The notes: generated by a model from the letters alone, not told the origin. A stretch of DNA of 64,000 bases from Spirochaetales bacterium (GCA_003246765.1 QKDA01000231.1:25-64024), one strand, 5' to 3'; counted from the stretch's first letter, positions 25,910-36,162 are shown. Numbers and translations: made by a program.

Positions 25910-26862
25910 ACCGGATCAGCGTGGTAATCCCGACCTTCAACCGGGCGGACGTGCTGCCCCGCGCGGTGGAAAGCGTGCTCGCGCAGACGGTACCGCCTTT
26001 CGAGATCATAGTGATAGACGACGGCTCGACCGACGGCACCGTTGACGCGCTTCGGCCGTTTACCGAAAAAATCAGATACATCAAGACCGAAAACCGTGGA
26101 GTGAGCGCCGCCCGGAACCGCGGCGTCGAGGAATCCCTGGGCGATTTTATAGCCTTCCTCGACTCGGACGACACGTGGCATCGGGAAAAACTGGAAATAC
26201 AGTCTGCCTGCGTGGAAAGAACCGGCGCCGGTGTTTGTTTTTGCGCGAGCGCGGACGAGGACGGCAACGCCCTCGACGATATCGCCCTCATGAACCGTGC
26301 GCCCGGGGCTGCGGAGACCGCGGATTATCCTGCCGGGGACAGCCGTTTTTTCCGCTTTCAGCGGCATCCCTTCGTCCAGGCCATGCTCGTGCGGAAGGAT
26401 ATATTCCGAAAAGAGGGTCCGTTCGACGAGACCCTGCGAGTCGCGGAGGACACGAAACTCATACATCGAATCGCCCTCGATACGGGCTGCGCGGTTATCA
26501 ATCGCGTCCTGGTCACAATAACGAGAAACCGAAAGGAACCGGGTTTGTCCGACTCCCCCGACCCGGAGAAAGCCGCCGTCCGGTACGACTGTTATCTGCG
26601 CGTCCAGGGGGAGGTTTACTGGCGATTGGTTCCCTCCGATCCCGCCGCCGCGGCGGTAGTGCGCAAGAATTTACTGTATTTCGCATCGCGAAGGGCCGAG
26701 ATCGCCTGCGCCCTTGGGGACAAACCCACCGCGGTCAGGCTCGCGAGGCAAGGCTCGTCCCCCGGCGCGGGGGCGCGAAACCTGTTGAGAAACGCCTACA
26801 TAGCTTTCGCGTATCCCCTGGCGGAGCGCGCGTACTCGCGGAAGTGGGGAACCGGCCTCTGA
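25906..26862 (+). CDS. Family 2 glycosyltransferase
   Basis: The ATG overlaps the upstream stop (ATGA). ISVVIPTFNRADVLPRAVESVLAQT, IIVIDDGSTDGT, FLDSDD. Confidence 0.85.
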   Translation: MNRISVVIPTFNRADVLPRAVESVLAQTVPPFEIIVIDDGSTDGTVDALRPFTEKIRYIKTENRGVSAARNRGVEESLGDFIAFLDSDDTWHREKLEIQSACVERTGAGVCFCASADEDGNALDDIALMNRAPGAAETADYPAGDSRFFRFQRHPFVQAMLVRKDIFRKEGPFDETLRVAEDTKLIHRIALDTGCAVINRVLVTITRNRKEPGLSDSPDPEKAAVRYDCYLRVQGEVYWRLVPSDPAAAAVVRKNLLYFASRRAEIACALGDKPTAVRLARQGSSPGAGARNLLRNAYIAFAYPLAERAYSRKWGTGL

Positions 26863-26872
26863 CCGGCCCGGG

Positions 26873-27784
26873 TCAGCCTTCCGCGTATTCCGCCACGCGC
26901 ATGTGGCCGCCGAGCAGGTTTCTCTTCCCGTCGAGACCGAGGATTCTCGCGTTTTTTGACTGCAGATAGGTCATCAATAACCGCTCGTTGAGCATCGCCA
27001 CAGTCTTTCCCCGCAGGATCGGCCAGGTATCGGGACCGACCGATCGCTTGAATTTCCAGACGCTGGTCAGATGGCGTATTATGTCATCCTTCATTTCTTC
27101 GTTGATGAGGGCCGATTCCGTGAACCATTTCCCATCCCATTCCAGGGGGAGAAGCCCGTTGGCTTCCGCGTCCTTCACGAAGGGCATGGCGAGTTCGCGG
27201 CAAAGCTCTACACCGAGGGCGAAGAAATGCGTCTGAAGGTAGTAGGGTACCGGGATGCCCCTGATTCGGTGCGGCCCCTCGGATTTCCAGATACGTCCCA
27301 ACGCGGATAGGGGAGTGACTCGGTCGAGCATGATCGTATTATAGGAATGGGCGTACCAATCGAAATCGTAGCCGTCCGCCGTTTTGTTCAGGAAAGAATC
27401 GTTCACGAAAAGAACGACATCGCAATCGAAGCCTCGCCGCCTGATAAAGTCAAGCCCGACCTGCCAGCCGGAAAATTCCCATTGGGTATTGTCGCCTCCC
27501 ATCTCGAAACACGTTGGCGAAATTTGTTCGGCCGGCCGGCCTTCCCCGAAGTTGTCGATCGCGATGAGGGTTACGTCGTATCCCGGCATTCGCCGGATCA
27601 GTCGCTCGACCGCGTCCCTCGCGTGGGGGTATTTTTTCCGGTCCGCGAAGAGATACAGAACGTACGCGCGTTTGCGGGGCCTCCGGTTCTCGATGTTGAG
27701 GGTACGCAGGCCGAAGGCGAGGTCCACGAAAGCGTTACGGGTAGATTGCATCAGCGGTTTTAGTGATATCATCGGGCTTATCAT
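26873..27784 (-). CDS. Hypothetical protein within the glycosyltransferase block
   Basis: Long ORF with coding-like composition and no motif I can assign. The start is uncertain (ATG 27784 or 27772); the ORF-track start 27871 would overlap the divergent GT2 gene. Confidence 0.45.
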   Translation of the reverse strand: MISPMISLKPLMQSTRNAFVDLAFGLRTLNIENRRPRKRAYVLYLFADRKKYPHARDAVERLIRRMPGYDVTLIAIDNFGEGRPAEQISPTCFEMGGDNTQWEFSGWQVGLDFIRRRGFDCDVVLFVNDSFLNKTADGYDFDWYAHSYNTIMLDRVTPLSALGRIWKSEGPHRIRGIPVPYYLQTHFFALGVELCRELAMPFVKDAEANGLLPLEWDGKWFTESALINEEMKDDIIRHLTSVWKFKRSVGPDTWPILRGKTVAMLNERLLMTYLQSKNARILGLDGKRNLLGGHMRVAEYAEG

Positions 27785-27842
27785 CCTTAACTTGCATGAA
27801 ATGTGGTATATACTATATACCATAATCCGGAGCGATAAAAGT

Positions 27843-28817
27843 ATGGACCAGAACGAATTGGTCTCGGTCATTATTTGCGTTTACAACGCCGGCGAGTATT
27901 TTCTGCCTTCCCTTGAGAGCGTCGTAAACCAGACCTACCGAAACCTCGAGATAATGATCATAGACGACGGTAGCACCGACGGCTGCCTCGATACGGCCAG
28001 GCATTTGCTGGACGGGGACCCGCGCATACGGCTTTTCAACCGCGCCAACGGGGGAAAATCGTCGGCGCTCAATTTCGCTCTCGAACGGATCACAGGCGAG
28101 TATTTCGCGATACACGACGCCGACGATATCTCATACCCGAATCGGATAGAGACGCAAGCCGGTTACCTACGGGCGAAACCCGACGTCGCTGGGGTTTTTT
28201 GTGGCTACGATCTCATCATCGGTAAGCGGCGGATCGCGCCCCATTGCGAGGAAAAGGACGCGGCGAGGTGCGATCTCGATATCAGGAATTTCGCCATGCC
28301 GGGTCATGACCCGACCGCCATGTATCGCTCCTCCATGGTTCGCGGCTTTCGGTTCAGCGAGGAGCTGACTAACGCCGAAGGCCTCGATTTTATCCTCCGG
28401 GTGGGGGAACGGTTCAAATTCGGGCGCGTCGCACACTGTCTTTACGGGTACCGAATCCACCCGACGTCCATCACGAAACGGAATCCCGTGGACCGGGAAG
28501 CCAATATCAGCGAGGTATTTCGCCGGGCATGCGCCAGGCGCGGACTCGACTTCGGCAAGGTATTCCCCGAACACGAAACCTGGCTCGCCAAGCCTAAAAA
28601 AGACAACGGTTTAATGAACCATTTCGTAGGGAGCGCGCAGTCCCTGAAGGAAAACGGGCACCCGTTCGCCGCCCTGCGAACCGCCCTGTACGGAATCGGG
28701 TTGCGCCCCGGAAACGGCCAGTCCTGGAAGGCCCTCGCCTACGCGTTGATGCCCCGCGCCCTGGTGCCCTTTTTCAGGAAAAAATCGCCTCGGGCCGCTT
28801 TCGCGGAAGGGGAATAG
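27843..28817 (+). CDS. Family 2 glycosyltransferase
   Basis: Internal ATG 27843 gives MDQNELVSVIICVYNAGEYFLPSLESVVNQTY, IMIIDDGSTDG and HDADD. The 5' part of the ORF-track entry (27384-) is antisense to the neighbouring gene. Confidence 0.85.
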   Translation: MDQNELVSVIICVYNAGEYFLPSLESVVNQTYRNLEIMIIDDGSTDGCLDTARHLLDGDPRIRLFNRANGGKSSALNFALERITGEYFAIHDADDISYPNRIETQAGYLRAKPDVAGVFCGYDLIIGKRRIAPHCEEKDAARCDLDIRNFAMPGHDPTAMYRSSMVRGFRFSEELTNAEGLDFILRVGERFKFGRVAHCLYGYRIHPTSITKRNPVDREANISEVFRRACARRGLDFGKVFPEHETWLAKPKKDNGLMNHFVGSAQSLKENGHPFAALRTALYGIGLRPGNGQSWKALAYALMPRALVPFFRKKSPRAAFAEGE

Positions 28818-28820
28818 CCC

Positions 28821-30161
28821 ATGGGCGAGAACCTCAGGATTGCCAACGAGTACGCGAACTCGTCGTACCTTCATCCCCTGGTGGCGCTCCTTCTCGCGGT
28901 CATCATACCGATGATCCTGGTACGATCCCGAAAAGCCGTATTGGTTTCCATGCTTATCGTGATGAACTTCGTAACGTCCGCGCAAAGGATATCCCTCGCG
29001 GGAGTGGACCTTCCGATCATGCGCATCGTTATAATTCTGGCGGTTTTCCGCATAATCATGACCAGGGAATACCTGTGGATCAAGCCGCTGAACCTGGACG
29101 TCGTAATCGTCATCCAGATGGTGATTTCCGCGATCGACGGTTTTTTACGAACCCCGAGCTTTTCCGAGATGGTTTACGACGTTTCAACCCTGATCGATTC
29201 GCTCGGCGGCTATCTGATCGTGAGGACGATGATTCGGGATCGGGAGGACTTTCTAGCGATGGTCCGCGCGTTAATGTGGATCAGCTTCCCGATCGTGCTG
29301 TTATTCATCGCGGAACGGCTTACCGGCCGGAACCCGATGGCGTCTTTCGGCGGCGTCGCCGCGTATACTTGGATACGGGAGGGGAAGATGCGCGTTCAGG
29401 GCCCCTATCCCCACGTGATTCTCGCCGGCGCCCTTTGGGCGACGGTCGTACCGCTTTTCCTCGCGTCCGCCTTTCGAGGCGGCAAGAAAAATCCCGGTAT
29501 GATCGCCGCGGCTATCGCGGGACTGATCATCATCGTGCTATGCGCGTCGAGCACGCCGCTCATGTCCGTGCTGGCGGGATTGGGGGCCATAACCCTCTTT
29601 TGGCAACGCAACCTGATAGTGCGCCTGCAGTCCGCGGCGCTCATCGGCCTCGTCGGGCTCGCGGCGGTATGGGATCATCCCATCTGGTATATCGTCGCGA
29701 AAATCGACTTTACCGGCGGCTCTACCGGATGGTTCCGGTTCAATCTCATCGATCAGTACATTCGGAGATGGCCTGAATGGTTCGCTATCGGGGTTCGGTC
29801 GACGGCCGGTTGGGGTTATGGATTGATCGACGTGTGCAATCAATACGTTTCGGCGGGGACGAATGGCGGGATAATCGGACTGGCGTGTTTTCTCGCGTCG
29901 ATCGCGATTTCCTTTTCCTACGTCGGCACGCTCGCCCTGGTCGCAGACGACAATGACGTAAAGCGGGATTATTGGTTCCTGGGAGCCTCGTTGCTCGTCC
30001 ACTTGATGAACTTCGTCGGCGTCTCGTACTTTTCCCACATCACCTTTTGCTGGTGGCTCACCCTCGGCTTTATCGGCAGCCTCTACCAGGCGAAGTTCGG
30101 CCAACGAGAGCCCCGCGCGATAATGCGCCTCCCCCTGGAGGCGAAGGCCGCGTTCAATTAA
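28821..30161 (+). CDS. Polytopic membrane protein, Wzy/O-antigen-ligase-like polymerase (tentative)
   Basis: About 10-12 hydrophobic segments with a larger loop, positioned inside the GT cluster. No diagnostic motif was verified. Confidence 0.5.
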   Translation: MGENLRIANEYANSSYLHPLVALLLAVIIPMILVRSRKAVLVSMLIVMNFVTSAQRISLAGVDLPIMRIVIILAVFRIIMTREYLWIKPLNLDVVIVIQMVISAIDGFLRTPSFSEMVYDVSTLIDSLGGYLIVRTMIRDREDFLAMVRALMWISFPIVLLFIAERLTGRNPMASFGGVAAYTWIREGKMRVQGPYPHVILAGALWATVVPLFLASAFRGGKKNPGMIAAAIAGLIIIVLCASSTPLMSVLAGLGAITLFWQRNLIVRLQSAALIGLVGLAAVWDHPIWYIVAKIDFTGGSTGWFRFNLIDQYIRRWPEWFAIGVRSTAGWGYGLIDVCNQYVSAGTNGGIIGLACFLASIAISFSYVGTLALVADDNDVKRDYWFLGASLLVHLMNFVGVSYFSHITFCWWLTLGFIGSLYQAKFGQREPRAIMRLPLEAKAAFN

Positions 30162-31299
30162 CGCCCAGGATATCCCGGAAGCTCTCGGCCCGCCGGGCCG
30201 CTACCCTGTCCCAGCTGAATTCCAGCGATCTTTCGCGGGCCGAACGGCCGAGACGGAGACGTAAATCGGGGTTCGCCCGCAGTTTTCGGAAGGTTTCCAC
30301 CCAGGCCTCCGTATCGTACGGATCGAGGATGATGCCGTCTATGCCGTCCCGAACGATTCTGCCCGCGCCTGCCGGGGTAGTCACGATCGCGAGCCCCCGG
30401 GAAGCGGCCTCGTAGGTGACCTGGGGATCCCCTTCTTCCACCGTGGCGAAGGCGAAAACCTCGGCCCGATCGAGCCGTTTACCAATTTCGGCGGGCTTTA
30501 CCGGTCCGGCCAACTCGACGTTCGGGCCGGACAGGAGCGACTGCCTGCCGTTCTTGAAGTCGTCTCCGATCCATCCGACGATTTCCAGCCTGCCCGGTAC
30601 GGAAGCCGCGTTCCATGCCCGCACGAGATTATGCTGGCCCTTGCGCACGCAGACCGTGCCGACCGTTATCACGTTGAGCCCTTCTGCGTCCGCGACGGTC
30701 CGTTCGGTATACTCCGGCATTATGGCCGGGTTCCAGCCATACGACGTCTCGATGATTTTATCCGCGTCGACGCCGTTTTCAAGCAAAGAGGCCGTGACGT
30801 TCGGGCTGGGGGAAAATATACGATCGGCTAGGCGGTAGAATTCGTTCTCGTCGGCTATGCGCGAATCAGTAAGCCCGTGCGCCGCCGGAAGGCCCGCCCG
30901 CCCGTACGCCCCGTCGAGAACCATGCGCGCTGACGCCTGATGGGTGTTGATGACTTCCGCCACGATCGGGATGCCTCTATTCTTCATTTCCCTCGCCGCG
31001 GGAACCACCCGTCCCGGCCACATCCAGGCTAAGTCTCCCGGTGCCGTTTCGTCCCGATACAGCCTTTCCAGACGTCCTTGCAGTCCTAGCAATCCCTTCA
31101 CGTATCGATACCCCGTTTTGGTCAGGCTCGGGTTAATCGAGGGCGTTATCAGGGGGTTCTTGTAGCCCCTCACGAGGGCCTTGGCGAAAATGCGGACGGG
31201 TATCTGCCGGGAAATCGGCTCGGCGAGGGATATACAGGTATAGCTTACCTGCACGTTTGCCATGGAGCCCGGAAAGAAGACACTAATCATTTTTTTCAT
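30154..31299 (-). CDS. Family 4 (GT-B, group 1) glycosyltransferase
   Basis: C-terminal EX7E-type region VFAFATVEEGDPQVTYEAASRGLAIVTTPAGAG and GT-B length. Confidence 0.75.
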   Translation of the reverse strand: MKKMISVFFPGSMANVQVSYTCISLAEPISRQIPVRIFAKALVRGYKNPLITPSINPSLTKTGYRYVKGLLGLQGRLERLYRDETAPGDLAWMWPGRVVPAAREMKNRGIPIVAEVINTHQASARMVLDGAYGRAGLPAAHGLTDSRIADENEFYRLADRIFSPSPNVTASLLENGVDADKIIETSYGWNPAIMPEYTERTVADAEGLNVITVGTVCVRKGQHNLVRAWNAASVPGRLEIVGWIGDDFKNGRQSLLSGPNVELAGPVKPAEIGKRLDRAEVFAFATVEEGDPQVTYEAASRGLAIVTTPAGAGRIVRDGIDGIILDPYDTEAWVETFRKLRANPDLRLRLGRSARERSLEFSWDRVAARRAESFRDILGVN

Positions 31300-31313
31300 C
31301 CTTGTTTACGAAA

Positions 31314-32198
31314 TTACCGTATTAATTCGCCCGTTAGATAATCGGAGCATTTGCTGAAGTACGGCATGCCAGCGCCGCCCTTGTTCGGGTAAAGGTATCC
31401 CGCTAGGCCTTTCGCCACGCGGCAATTCCTGAAAAGCACCGATTCTCCCTTGGAGTAGATCGCGTAATAGAACGCGTTTTCAGAAAGGAACTCGCAGGAA
31501 TCGAAAAGGGTATTCTCGGAACCGTTGTTCACCGACGATGTTTGGCCGCTTTGCCCCTTCACGTAGGGTCCCGGGGTTGTGAAACGGACGCGCACGAATC
31601 GCAATCCGTTCCCCCCGAGGGACTGCATCGTATCGACGTGGTTTTCCGGCGTGCCCGTGAACGTGATGGACAGTATCGAATCCTCCACTGAGCAGGGGGT
31701 CGGCGTGGCCATATCGTTTTGACCCTTCGCTCCGGCAGGCCGGAAGGCTTTTCTCCAGCCGGTGATCCTGGTCCACCGGACGGTCCAGCCCGTTTGGCCG
31801 CCGTACTCGAAAAAGAGTCCCTCGTCGAGGGCGCTATGGTCGATCAACACGGTCCGGTCGGTCACGCCGCGGCCGTCGACCGCCGCGAATCCCTTTCGGA
31901 AAAGGCAGTCCACGAAAAGGTATTTGCCCGACTTGCCGAGGGAAACCGGCTCCGCGAACCCTAGCCCGCGGTATTCCCCGGGCTCAAGGAAGTTACCGGG
32001 ATGTTCCGCGAGGGCGATCCGCGGCCCTACCTCCGAAAGGGCGGGGGGAGACCCGCCTGCGGCAGGCGGAAAGCCGAGGGAGTCAGCGCAGAGCCTGGCC
32101 GGGCCCGACAGGACCAGGAGGATCGGGAGGAGGGCATGATACCTTTTTGACCGAACCTTGCCGGAGGGCAGGAGCCCGGTAGGCCGGCGACCGTTCAT
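31314..32198 (-). CDS. Secreted protein, paralog 1 of an unassigned conserved domain of about 230 aa
   Basis: The ATG 32198 overlaps the stop of paralog 2 (ATGA). It shares the blocks YFEYGGQ..WT..WTRI.G.RKAFRP, TPTPC.VED..SIT..GTP.NHVDT.Q.LGGN...F.RVRFTTPGPY and DSCEFL with the two upstream genes. Confidence 0.7.
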   Translation of the reverse strand: MNGRRPTGLLPSGKVRSKRYHALLPILLVLSGPARLCADSLGFPPAAGGSPPALSEVGPRIALAEHPGNFLEPGEYRGLGFAEPVSLGKSGKYLFVDCLFRKGFAAVDGRGVTDRTVLIDHSALDEGLFFEYGGQTGWTVRWTRITGWRKAFRPAGAKGQNDMATPTPCSVEDSILSITFTGTPENHVDTMQSLGGNGLRFVRVRFTTPGPYVKGQSGQTSSVNNGSENTLFDSCEFLSENAFYYAIYSKGESVLFRNCRVAKGLAGYLYPNKGGAGMPYFSKCSDYLTGELIR

Positions 32199-33049
32199 GG
32201 CGCGGGCACTCCGGTCGTATAGTCGGTACAACCCACGAAAGTCGCTTTATAGGGATTATCGGGATACACGTAATTCGCGATGCCCTTAATGATCCTGCAA
32301 TTCCGGAAGAGCACGTTCGGAGCGTTAGAATAAACCGGATAATAGAATGCACCTGATTCGAGGAATTCGCAGCCATCGAAAAGGGTATCCCCCGCGTTGG
32401 CGTTTACGGATGAGGTTTGCCCGGTAACCCCGTTATTGTAGGGGCCGGGTGTCGTGAACCTGACTCGCACAAAGCTTAACTCATTCCCGCCGAGGGCCTG
32501 CATGGTGTCGACATGGTTGGACGGGGTACCCAGAAGGGTTATCGAAAAAACGCAATCCTCAACCAGGCAGGGCGTTGGGGTAGTGACATCCTGTTGGCTT
32601 TCTACGCCGGCCGGGCGGAAAGCCTTCCTGTCGCCCACGATCCGGGTCCACCGCATGGTCCAGTCTTTTTGACCGCCGTATTCGAAGTATACTCCGCCGG
32701 TAATATAGCAATGATCCACGAGCACCGTCCTGCCGGACAAGCCGCGGCCGTCGATCGTGCCGAGACCTGCCGTGAATTGGCAATCGGTGAAGCTGTAGGC
32801 TCCCGTTTTGCTTTGGAGGGATACTGAGGTGGTAAAGTTGTAACGGGCATAATCTCCGGCGGGCAAACTGCCCCCTAATCGATCGGTGAGCGCGTATCGG
32901 GGTCCTACCGCGCTTTCGGCGGGGGGGAAAACATAGGGCTTTGCCGTGTATTTCGTGCCTTCCGTGATTGAAATCAAATCCATGCGGCAGCCCGTGAAGA
33001 GCGCGGCCGTAAATAAAAGCGCCGTAAGGGCGCGGTACTTTTTCTTCAT
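32195..33049 (-). CDS. Lipoprotein, paralog 2 of the same unassigned domain
   Basis: Lipobox LFTGC, with the same conserved blocks as paralogs 1 and 3. Confidence 0.75.
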   Translation of the reverse strand: MKKKYRALTALLFTAALFTGCRMDLISITEGTKYTAKPYVFPPAESAVGPRYALTDRLGGSLPAGDYARYNFTTSVSLQSKTGAYSFTDCQFTAGLGTIDGRGLSGRTVLVDHCYITGGVYFEYGGQKDWTMRWTRIVGDRKAFRPAGVESQQDVTTPTPCLVEDCVFSITLLGTPSNHVDTMQALGGNELSFVRVRFTTPGPYNNGVTGQTSSVNANAGDTLFDGCEFLESGAFYYPVYSNAPNVLFRNCRIIKGIANYVYPDNPYKATFVGCTDYTTGVPAP

Positions 33050-33086
33050 TTCTTCGCCTCTCGAAAACTTGCATTACTTACCGTAT

Positions 33087-33115
33087 ACTTTAGTTCACCT
33101 AACGGCCCTTTTCAA
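33087..33115 (-). promoter_or_regulatory. Candidate sigma-70 promoter for paralogs 2 and 1
   Basis: On the minus strand: TTGAAA (33115-33110), 17-nt spacer, TAAAGT (33092-33087), about 35 nt upstream of the start at 33049. Confidence 0.35.
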
Positions 33116-33116
33116 T

Positions 33117-33146
33117 GAAAAAAGCCCCGTTCTGCCGAACGGGGCT
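33117..33146 (-). terminator. Rho-independent terminator after paralog 3
   Basis: Minus strand AGCCCCGTTC-ggca-GAACGGGGCT followed by TTTTTT, 30 nt after the stop at 33179. Confidence 0.7.
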
Positions 33147-33178
33147 TTCCTTTCGTCCTTCAGGCTTTTTGCCCAAAG

Positions 33179-34957
33179 TTATTGCTGTATCAAGGCTCCG
33201 GTTTCATAGTCCACGCAGTTCTCGAACGCGGCCTTGTTCGGATTCGAGGGATACACGTACCCCGCCAAGCCCCCGATTATTCTGCAATCCTTGAACCGCA
33301 CGTTCGCCGCATTCGAATACACGGTGTAGTAGAACGCGCCCTTTTCCAGGAACTCGCAGGAATCCAGCAGGGTGTTTCCCGCGTTTACGTTCACCGCGGA
33401 AGTCTGTCCCGTTACTCCGGCCTCGTAGGGCCCGGGGGTCGTGAAACGTACCCGGGTGAAAGTCATACCGTTGCCGCCCAGGGCCTGAAGGGTGTCGACA
33501 TGGTTCGACGGGGTCCCCAGCAGCGTGATCGAGAAGATGCTATCCTCTACGACGCAGGGCGTAGGGCTGGTGGTATCCTGCTGGCCGGTCAAACCGGTCG
33601 GGCGGAACGCCTTGCGGTCGCCGACGATTCTGGTCCACTTCACGGTCCAGTTGGTCTGTCCGCCGTATTCGAAGTAGATGCCGCCGAATACGTAGGTATG
33701 ATCAAGGAGAACCGTTCTCGAAACGCCGCTTCTGCCGTCAAAGACCCCGAAACCCGCGTCAAAACTGCAATCCCGGAATACGTAGGCGCCGGTATTGTTC
33801 TGTAACGACACGGAGGTGGTAAACCGGTATCCTTCGTAGGTTCCGGCGGGCAGGCTGCCGCCGGTCCTTGAGGTAAGGGCAACGCGGGGTCCAACCTGGC
33901 TTTCGGAAGGCGGACCGGCATAGGTAGAGGGCGCGGCCGCGGTTACGGTAAAGGTGGCGGTTGCGGACCCGGCGCGGGCTCCGTCGAGGGTCATGGCGGT
34001 TACGTCGACCCGGTAGGAACCGGCGGTCAGGGGCGAAGCGGAACCGTTCAGGGGAAGGGCGGCGCCTGAACCCGCGGAGGAGCCGTTAAGGAACCAGGAA
34101 TAGCTTACGTTCGAGGCGTTTGCGTCGCTGGACGCGGTGAGGGTGATAGCCGTTCCCGACGCGACGCTGCTGCTTACGTTGCCGATGGTTACGGTAAGGG
34201 GATCGGAGAGCGAAGGCGAAACCTCGATATCCACGCCGCCGGAGGGAACCATGAGATCCGGGAACGATACGGTTCCGCTGGAGGTTTCACCCGCCACTAT
34301 ACGGACGATGTCTACAGCGCTCGCCACGGATTCGCTTCCGTCAAGCAGGTTGACGCTGAGGGTATAGTAACCGGCCTCGACCTGATCGTCGACGGTGGCC
34401 TTGTTTACCCCTATCGCGGCGGTCAGGGGAATATGCACGTTGCCGGCGTTAATGAGTTCGACGATTGCCGATGGGTTTATAACGGCCCCGGGGGTCCAAT
34501 CTATCGTAAGATCCAAGGTACCCGGTCCCGTATACGGCTTAACGCTGATGTCGAGGGTGACGGTAGCCCCGCCGGTTACCGTAGTGACGCCGGTTCCAAG
34601 GCCGATCGATTTACCCTGCGCGTTTTTGGCGACGGTGGTGACCGTCCAGGTTCCCGCCGACAGGTTGGGAATGGTGACGGAAGAACCCAAAGAGGTCGTC
34701 GTAAAGGTATCTGAATTGGAACCCGTTCCCGATATCTCGTAGCTCGCCGGGGTCATGCTTATGGTCGGGGCTATCGTTCGCGACGCGTTGTCGATGAACG
34801 AAACGACCAACACGCCTTTTGCCGGTTCCGGGGCAGGCGCTTCCGGTTCGAGGGCGGGTTGCATTGAGCAGCCCATTTCGAGTAGCGCAGCAAGACCAGA
34901 CACTAATATCGCAAAAAGCATTTTACTTTTAATATTTGTGGGATGACGAGTAGCCAT
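33179..34957 (-). CDS. Large lipoprotein: Ig-like/beta-sandwich N-terminal region plus paralog 3 of the unassigned domain
   Basis: RBS AAGGAG lies 7 nt before ATG 34957. Lipobox LEMGC. About 330 aa of Thr/Ser/Val-rich beta-strand repeats, then the shared C-terminal domain. Confidence 0.75.
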   Translation of the reverse strand: MATRHPTNIKSKMLFAILVSGLAALLEMGCSMQPALEPEAPAPEPAKGVLVVSFIDNASRTIAPTISMTPASYEISGTGSNSDTFTTTSLGSSVTIPNLSAGTWTVTTVAKNAQGKSIGLGTGVTTVTGGATVTLDISVKPYTGPGTLDLTIDWTPGAVINPSAIVELINAGNVHIPLTAAIGVNKATVDDQVEAGYYTLSVNLLDGSESVASAVDIVRIVAGETSSGTVSFPDLMVPSGGVDIEVSPSLSDPLTVTIGNVSSSVASGTAITLTASSDANASNVSYSWFLNGSSAGSGAALPLNGSASPLTAGSYRVDVTAMTLDGARAGSATATFTVTAAAPSTYAGPPSESQVGPRVALTSRTGGSLPAGTYEGYRFTTSVSLQNNTGAYVFRDCSFDAGFGVFDGRSGVSRTVLLDHTYVFGGIYFEYGGQTNWTVKWTRIVGDRKAFRPTGLTGQQDTTSPTPCVVEDSIFSITLLGTPSNHVDTLQALGGNGMTFTRVRFTTPGPYEAGVTGQTSAVNVNAGNTLLDSCEFLEKGAFYYTVYSNAANVRFKDCRIIGGLAGYVYPSNPNKAAFENCVDYETGALIQQ

Positions 34958-35157
34958 AAAGAACTCCTTGGCGCCGGAAATTAATTTCGTGTGTCCGACG
35001 CACTGGAGATATAGCAATGAATGTGCCAACTGACAATTTTTTTTAAAGCGGTTATTTCTTTGCGGGATAAAGAAATAATTAAATGGCCATTTTAGGCGAT
35101 TTAAGAAATAAGTCCATTCTGATAATTACAATTTTGGAGAGAGATACGAATTTGTAA

Positions 35158-36162
35158 TCAGTACGTAAACTTGTCTTTATTCAGCGCTTCCTTCAAGAAC
35201 CCGATTCCCCAGTAAAACAGCCCAACCATGAAAAAAGGCATGATGAGCAGGCTGCGGGCGATATGTTTCGGTCCGGCCTTAATCAGGCGCGGAAAAATCT
35301 TGTAGCATTTGAACGCAAGAAATAGGGGGAACAGCACTACGGGGAGTATTCCGCGGAACGCGATGCTTTCGGTTTCGGTACGTTTGTACCGAGCGACGAA
35401 TTTGCCAAGCACGATTTCGTACCTGAAAAAGCCCTTCCAGCTTTCCCGGAAAATATGGTCTACTGTCATGTCGGGAAAGAAATATATCGGGGTGAATTCC
35501 CTCAATCTCATGCCCAGGATCACGTCTTCGGCTGCCCGAAGGTCGGGATAGCCCCCGATACGGTCGAAGAGCTCCTTTTCCATATAGTTGCTGCACCCGA
35601 TGACATAGGGCTTCTCTTGGGGCGAGCCGACGGGAAGATATTCGTTGAGCTGGAGGTAATACTGCGATAGGGCTACGAGTTTCCGCCGCTGGAACGGGGG
35701 AAGCGCGACGCTTCCGAATCCTACCTTATAACCCTCGCGGTAATGACCCACCAACTTCTCTATGTATCCGTCTTCGAGTATAACGTCGGCGTCGAAGAAC
35801 ACGAGAACCGAGCCTTTCGCTTCCCTGGCGCCGATATTTCGCTGGGTTGCGGGTTGAACCCGTATCCCCGAATTGACGAAACGGACTCCCTTCGTCTCGA
35901 ACTCGGCGATGAGATCGGGCATCAATCCGTCGTCCGAAGAGTCAACGACGATGATATCGGCTATGTAGTCCTGTTCCTGGGACAAAATGGAGGGGAGCGT
36001 GTGCCGTAACGTTTTTGCGGAGTTATACGCCGGTATCACGATCGATACCAGATTTCGGTCGGAATCGGGCACGAATTCGCTCGTTTTAGGGCAGGTAGCT
36101 TCCAGTAATTCCGTATTCAAGATTTTCCTCAATTTGTTGATCGTTACCGTACAGAATAGCAC
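35158..36162 (-). CDS. Family 2 glycosyltransferase
   Basis: VSIVIPAYNSAKTLRHTLPSILSQ, IIVVDSSDDG, FFDADV, and C-terminal TM segments. GTG start, uncertain. Confidence 0.8.
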   Translation of the reverse strand: MLFCTVTINKLRKILNTELLEATCPKTSEFVPDSDRNLVSIVIPAYNSAKTLRHTLPSILSQEQDYIADIIVVDSSDDGLMPDLIAEFETKGVRFVNSGIRVQPATQRNIGAREAKGSVLVFFDADVILEDGYIEKLVGHYREGYKVGFGSVALPPFQRRKLVALSQYYLQLNEYLPVGSPQEKPYVIGCSNYMEKELFDRIGGYPDLRAAEDVILGMRLREFTPIYFFPDMTVDHIFRESWKGFFRYEIVLGKFVARYKRTETESIAFRGILPVVLFPLFLAFKCYKIFPRLIKAGPKHIARSLLIMPFFMVGLFYWGIGFLKEALNKDKFTY

